Positions 58,020-64,000 of a stretch of DNA of 64,000 nt are shown piece by piece. A program made the translations under genes and the position numbers. Position 1 is the first letter of the stretch. Each line of letters starts with the position of its first letter. Source of the stretch: Schmidtea nova (Eukaryota); contig CM097882.1 in assembly GCA_044892505.1 (NCBI GenBank), positions 393,142,001 through 393,206,000 of the forward strand, read 5' to 3'. Below the pieces are notes generated by a model. It saw nothing but the letters and a program-made list of their open reading frames with translations. It was not told where the DNA came from and made no database searches.

Positions 58020-60880
58020 TCATATTTATTTAATTATTAATTATGTTTAATTAATGTATTTATTATTATTCTTGTATGACTGCAAAGTTTGATGAATCGC
58101 TTATAACATGAAAACAAAATTTTACATAAATAAATGTTTTGTACATATTGTTATATAATACATATTGTTATTGCGTTAATTCAAAATGACTTGTTTTGAT
58201 TCTAACAAGGCGACCACGCCAGGACAAATGATTCAGTTCATTAAGTCAACGAAATTATTCAAGTCAGAAGTTGATTTTCAAAATTTTCATTGAAGTTGAA
58301 CAATTTGTTGAATTAATACGAAGATCGCAAATCAAAGTTGGTAAAAGTTTTTAATCAATCGATAAAATTAAGAAATACGAAAAATCTGAATTAAAAAATG
58401 ATTATAAGAAACATCTTATTCATTCAAGAAACTAGCAATTTTAGCATCAGATTTTGGGTTTTGTTTTATCCTATCAAAAAAGTAACGACTTGATAGGCGA
58501 ATTTTTCAGAAAAATTGGCTAAAAATATTTTGAGACATTGTTTTTTAAAGGAAGAATTGAAAGCCTTTTATTACAAAATGTGCTGAATGATCATGAATTG
58601 AAGAAAGAAATAAAAATTTCTATTACTAGTTAAAGAAAAGTGTGAAGAAAACCAATATATTACAGGCAAAATAAAAGATCAAAATAAGTCGGATTTGAAA
58701 GAAGATAAAGAAAACATCAGAAAAAGCAAATATATGGATTCCTAGGTATAAAAAAAGTTGATTTTAGAGAATATACACATAAAATTTAGTCATGCATTAC
58801 AAGAAATTTCGACATGGAGAATTAAAAACACAAATAATTCGAGATATGATATAATGTTGTTTACTGTGCTAAAACGAAAAGACTTGACAGTTTTAGTGCC
58901 TTATATTATATTTTTTTAGTTAATTAACTTATTTAATAGTTATCGAATGAGAGTTTAAAGGACATTGTTTTAATATTCACTTTTTTCGACATACTTTTTC
59001 AAAAAAATCCAAAATGGTCCAACAAGAACTCACTATCTTTAATTCAAAATCAAAAAAAAGAAGTCAAATGAAATATTTTTAAATCCAAGCGTTGTGACGA
59101 ATCAGAGATGTGGAAATACCGAGTGTAAAGAAGCTATCTGAATCTAATACTTATAAACTATCGGATTGTGTCAGTAACAATCATCAGTCATCGAATACGG
59201 GAATTCTTTCATCTTCATCTCAGTTATATACTCGGCTTGGAATGGCAAATTCTCATTTACTCAAACAATTTCAAAACAATCCCCAATATGTCTCGTTCTT
59301 AAACATTCCTAATGAGTCTTCGATTTTCAGTGGCTGCAATATAAATCAGGTCAATGAATTTTCCGATGTAGGTCTAATGGATGATAATCAGAATCCGCAA
59401 TCGTTTATACCAGTGGTTCTCAAACTTTTTGAAGTCGGGGAACACTAAACTCTGATACATTTTTAGGCGGAACATCTACAATACAACATAAACTCTAAAA
59501 CAGGTGGCGCGGGTAGTTAACCTTTTTAAAATCAAAAGAGCAATAAAAAATAGAATAATGTTCGCAAAAACACTCCATTATGTTTGTATTTATACAAAGC
59601 CGAATGGTATGTATAAATTTTATATTGAATTGATTTTTATTAGCGAACAATTTTTAATTGAATTATACATTTGATTTTTTCGCGAAACACTTGAAAGTGA
59701 TCGCCGGAACACCAGTGTTGCGGAACACGCTTTGAGAACCACTGGTTTATACAGAGCGAAACCAATAAAGAATTCAACCTAAAACCATCGAATCTCAAAC
59801 ACAATGTGTAAAGTGCAAACAATGCTGAATCCCAGCACAATCAATCAAAATCAACGGACTAGGCTGTCAAAGATGCCATCAATGTCAATGTCGAATATAT
59901 GTTATTTTTATCCGGCTTATATTAAATTAATTGTTTTTCTACAACAGTAAAAACGAAAGAACCTCTTCAAATTTAGTATGTACCTGAATTATTCGAAACC
60001 ATATTTATCGAATTCTGTGGCCCACTAAAAGTGAAAATATTTGGGAAACGTTTCATCATGGCAATTATAGATGAATTTAGTAAATTAGCCTCTTTACACA
60101 CTGTGTCAAAAAAGATGAGTACACAACGGTAACAGTAATACGTGATTATTGGATTCTAAAATAAGGCGCACAAAAAATTATTCGTTATGATCGAGAGAAG
60201 CCATTCAAGTCAAAATTATTTAAAGATTTGTCAAATAATTATAATATAAGTATAGGATACTCCAGCCCTTACTACCGCTCAGCAAACGGGTTGATAGAAA
60301 AGAAATTTGGGACAATTTGAGATGCAATTCATATTTCACTACAGGACAAAGAGCATAAAAATTGGGTAGATAGTTTTTCCAAATATTGCATTTTTGTTAA
60401 ATGCAACTGTACAAAACACTATTGGTCGCAGTCCAGCAGAATTAATGTATGGTAAGAAAATTAATAAAATGTGGTATCCAGTATTGGACGAAAATTCAAA
60501 TACAGATTATACTAAACATGAAAATGGAAAGTTTTTTGAATTTTTAAAATATTTGCCCTTGACCTCAAGATGACCTTAGATAATGATGAGACGACGGAAT
60601 CAAAAACTAGAAACTTTGAAGTGGAATAGATGGTTCTTGTAAGGAAGAGACAAACGCAATAAATAAAATGATCAATATGAAAGGCCAATTAAAATAATAA
60701 GAAAAATACATGACTGTAGTTGCATATTAGTACTTAAAAACAGCTAAGAAATGCTAAGAAATACTGAATGGCTGAAATCTTTAAAACAACAGGAGAATAT
60801 TTACATATTTATTTAATTATTAATTATATTTAAATAATATATTTATTATTATTACTGTATCACTGCAAAGTTTGATGAAT
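58020..60880 (+). pseudogene. Decayed Gypsy remnant with integrase core at ~59945-60450, bounded by ~80 bp direct repeats
   Basis: FETIFIEFCGPL...IIDEFSK...IIRYDREKPFKS...YSSPYYRSANGLIEK with stops. Direct repeats ...CTGCAAAGTTTGATGAAT at ~58080 and ~60863. Confidence 0.7.
59411..59744. mobile_element. Non-autonomous hAT (Charlie/Buster-type) MITE, 334 bp
   Basis: TIRs CAGTGGTTCTCAAA / TTTGAGAACCACTG with 8-bp TSD GTTTATAC. Confidence 0.95.
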
Positions 60881-61312
60881 TCAATAAATGGGTATTTATT
60901 CTTATTTATAATTTTAAAATATTTTTGGTTAAAATCATTTCTTGTAAAATTCAACAAAATAACATTGAAACTTTTAACCAAACTAAACTTTCATTGTATT
61001 TTAATAAATATAATTTTTTTCAAACCCCAATTAAAAATTTATATACCTATTCAATGATTCTTGGGTTGATTTAACAGTATTAGTTACTGCTTGGTTAATA
61101 TATTGAAGTTGACTTAGCAGAACTTCTTTTTCGGCTTCAAGCTTCTTTATAATAGCAGTTTTTTCCCGATTTTCTGATGTTAACTATAATAATTAAAATA
61201 AATGATAAAAAGCAATCTAGACAAGATTTACTATTTAATTGAACAGTACACCAATAATTCGATTTAAGTCATTAATTGGTTTCAAAAAAAATAAGATATA
61301 AATCATAATTGC

Positions 61313-61705
61313 TTTTTTACATAAACATGATTGGAAACTAACTTTTGTCGAGTTATGAATTATCATGTTTATATATTTGTAATTATTATTGGTTGTAAAA
61401 TTATGGAAATAAGTACTTTTTATTTATTGGCATACTATATTAAAAATAAATTAAAATGTATGCATTTTGTTTTTCAGAAAATATAAAAGTTCATTATCTA
61501 ATCGCGTTTTTTTACATATACATGATTGGAAACTAACTTTTGTCGAGTTATGAATTATCATGTTTATATATTTGTAATTATTATTGGTTGTAAAATTATG
61601 GAAATAAGTACTTTTTATTTATTGGCATACTATATTAAAAATAAATTAAAATTTATGCATTTTGTTTTTCAGAAATTAGAAAAGTTCATTATCTAATCGC
61701 GTGTT
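61313..61705 (+). repeat. Tandem duplication with 195-bp period
   Basis: CATGATTGGAAACTAACTTTTGTCG... at 61326 and 61521, near-identical. Confidence 0.9.
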
Positions 61706-61799
61706 TCTAATTACATCAATAAATTTCGACAGAAAAGACACGCAAATTAATATACTACTGTTGGAAGCGTGGATAAGCAACACCAGACATCCATTGGGA

Positions 61800-62545
61800 T
61801 ATGACAGATATTCTAAGTGATGAACTCGTCAGTCTACGAATGTGCTTCCAATGGATGTAAAAATTTCGAGATGGTCTTTACATCGTGGGCAACGAAGAGC
61901 GCTCTCGATGGTCATTCTACAACCTGACCAACAAATTGAATAATTTTGAAAAATCAAACGTCATTTAACTATGATAATGAATGTCGAGGAACTCAAGATT
62001 AGTTTCATACCGGTACCGAAGAATCTATTCAAGATTGGAAACCTCAATCTGAATAATGTATGGATACCACATGAATTAGATGATTCATCCAAGGCGAAAG
62101 TTGTTCGAGATCGATGGCAATAACAACTTCCTCCGCCGCCTAATTACCGTTAAAGAGATATGGATAAACTGCGAGAACAGCATCGATCGTATTTCAAAGG
62201 TCATGGATGAGTACTGGAATGATAAAGAAAACGAGGAGCTAAGAAAACTGATGGATGTCTACACCTTCAGCAAGATAATGCCAGGCTTCATTCGGATGCA
62301 GTCATATTTTGGTTTAAATTTCCTACTTCATCCTCCATACTCACCATACTTGACACCATTGGATTTTTATCTTTTCTATTTTTCTGAAATCTGCTTTGAA
62401 TAGAAAAAATTACATTAATGCTGAAGAAATTTCTGAGGATATTCAAGTCTTAATCGATACAAAAACACAACAATTTGTTAAAACTGGCATAAAAATGCTT
62501 CATAATAGCTGGAAGCGATGTATAAATAAATGTGGGATTTATTTC
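61800..62545 (+). pseudogene. Mariner (Tc1/mariner) transposase remnant
   Basis: W..KFRDG, WIPHEL, FLRRLIT..E.WI and LLHPPYSP.L.P.DF.LF motifs, with frameshifts and a deletion. Confidence 0.85.
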
Positions 62546-63437
62546 GAATTCGGTAAAGATGGTGGTACATAAACTGTTGCTGTTTCGTAGTTCCTTTGCT
62601 ATTCATTCCAATAACTCATTAGAAATTAAGCTTCCAACACTATTTTAAAATTTTTTAAATGATTTCACGAAAAGTGCATAGAATCTGTAAAAATGTTTTC
62701 CAAAGAGAAAAGCATAATGTTAAAACTGTTAAAAGCTACTATATTAATGTGAGAGATTAATACTATCGAACTGGAAGAAAAATAAGTATTATAATTATTC
62801 TTGTTTTAAAATTCACTATGATATAAAAAATATTATCTTTTATATTAAGTATTTACAAATTTGCAATGAAATTATTAGAAGATATAATTATATTATTTAA
62901 CACTCAAACTGAGTTTGGGGGCCAAAAATAAAACCAAAGCATATTATAGATTTTTAAATATCTAATTACACCTAATACATAAAGAAAAATTTCATTGTAA
63001 TTTAATTATCATTTTTTGTAAATAAGAATAAATTCGATGTGGTTGAAATTATAAACGTGAAATTAGTTATTTTTGGAATGGGGTCAAAAATGATTCTAAA
63101 CTCATCTTAGGTTAAAAAATAAACTCAGTATGAGTGTTAACAACTATAAAATGTCAATAACATTGTATTAACTTTAATACTTTGATTTATTTATAAAGAT
63201 AAAAATAATAATTTAAATCTGTAACAGAACTATATATATAATTTCAATGTTTTTTAATTTAATTTAAGACAATGTACATGATATAATGTACACGATATAA
63301 TGTACATGATATTTTTAATTTGAATTTTTAATTTAAACTTTTAATCAATTTAAATAATTTTTGATCAATTTAATTAAACATTTGATCAAGTTAGTTAGTT
63401 AGTTTATGGTATTTAAAAAATAATTAGTTGTTCCCTA

Positions 63438-64000
63438 ATGCATTTCGAAAACGAACTTGAAGAAATTATACAATTGAATGACGAGCAAGTTGTTTCTAGA
63501 CTAATGCATCTGGGATTTATTCATTCTCACATGGAATGTCCTTGGTGCAGTGTGGAAATGATTCTGAAGCCTTGCAAAGGCAAGATTGATAAGTTTGAGT
63601 GGCGATGCATGCACTCAGGATGCATCAAGAAGCAGGCAAGCCTCTCAATTAGGCATTCTAGCTGGATGGAGGAGTATAGACTTACCGCAAAGTCTATACT
63701 AAAAGTGCTATTATACTGGTCTAAAGACATTAATCAAAATGTCATTTTAAGATTTGTGGACATTAGTAGAGGCACATTGTCAAAACTAAGAAAATTTTAT
63801 ATATCCAGGATTGAGGAATACTATAATATTCATCCAATATTATTAGGTGGCCCAGGATGTGTGATTAATGTTGACGAAACAATGATAAATCACAAGGTGA
63901 AGGCCCATAGAGGAAGAGCCCCTCACATTCAGACTTGGGTTTTATGTATTGTGGATACATCATTTGTTCCTTCTCGAGGTTTTTGTACTATCCTAGAGAA
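63438..64000 (+). CDS. Merlin (IS1016/ISXO2-like) transposase, 5' part, running off the window
   Basis: Open frame from ATG 63438: CPWC...WRC...C.K..S.SIR..SW zinc-ribbon, then LGGPG..INVDET.INHK.K..RGR...TWVL.IVD. Not listed in the ORF track, probably because it has no stop inside the window. Confidence 0.88.
   Translation, partial: MHFENELEEIIQLNDEQVVSRLMHLGFIHSHMECPWCSVEMILKPCKGKIDKFEWRCMHSGCIKKQASLSIRHSSWMEEYRLTAKSILKVLLYWSKDINQNVILRFVDISRGTLSKLRKFYISRIEEYYNIHPILLGGPGCVINVDETMINHKVKAHRGRAPHIQTWVLCIVDTSFVPSRGFCTILE

Noticed and set aside
59110-59448. 112-aa Ser/Asn-rich ORF as a host gene
   Set aside because: No recognisable domain; its end is contributed by the hAT MITE and it lies inside a decayed LTR remnant.

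Overview
AT-rich eukaryotic (probably invertebrate) genomic DNA that is mostly transposable elements, with N-masked or gap tracts next to (AAT)n repeats. The only clear host gene is one large exon of a USP-family deubiquitinase (minus strand, ~6493-7620). There are two highlights. (1) A young, full-length 14.6 kb Ty3/Gypsy LTR element (9142-23747, minus strand; ATAA TSD, tRNA-Trp PBS). It encodes one 3421-codon reading frame, broken only by a single TAG, in the unusual order Gag(4xCCHC) - two ubiquitin-like modules - Bcl-2-like domain - chuvirus/gB-type glycoprotein - protease-RT-RNaseH-integrase - second type I membrane protein. A separate, probably spliced ORF encodes an apparently catalytically dead REX4/ISG20-like exonuclease. 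A diverged, decayed relative (30424-~46760) has the same layout and has captured RPS5 and PTB-like fragments. (2) Three families of hammerhead-ribozyme repeats of Penelope/retrozyme type: a five-ribozyme array at 3.7-5.9 kb whose 403-nt monomer carries a U1 snRNA 5'-end motif, a 1.3 kb palindrome with two variant hammerheads, and a Penelope-like element with an inverted pLTR. Also present: hAT, mariner, Merlin, CsRN1-type Gypsy and Helentron-like remnants. All domain calls come from motif recognition by eye, not from database searches.
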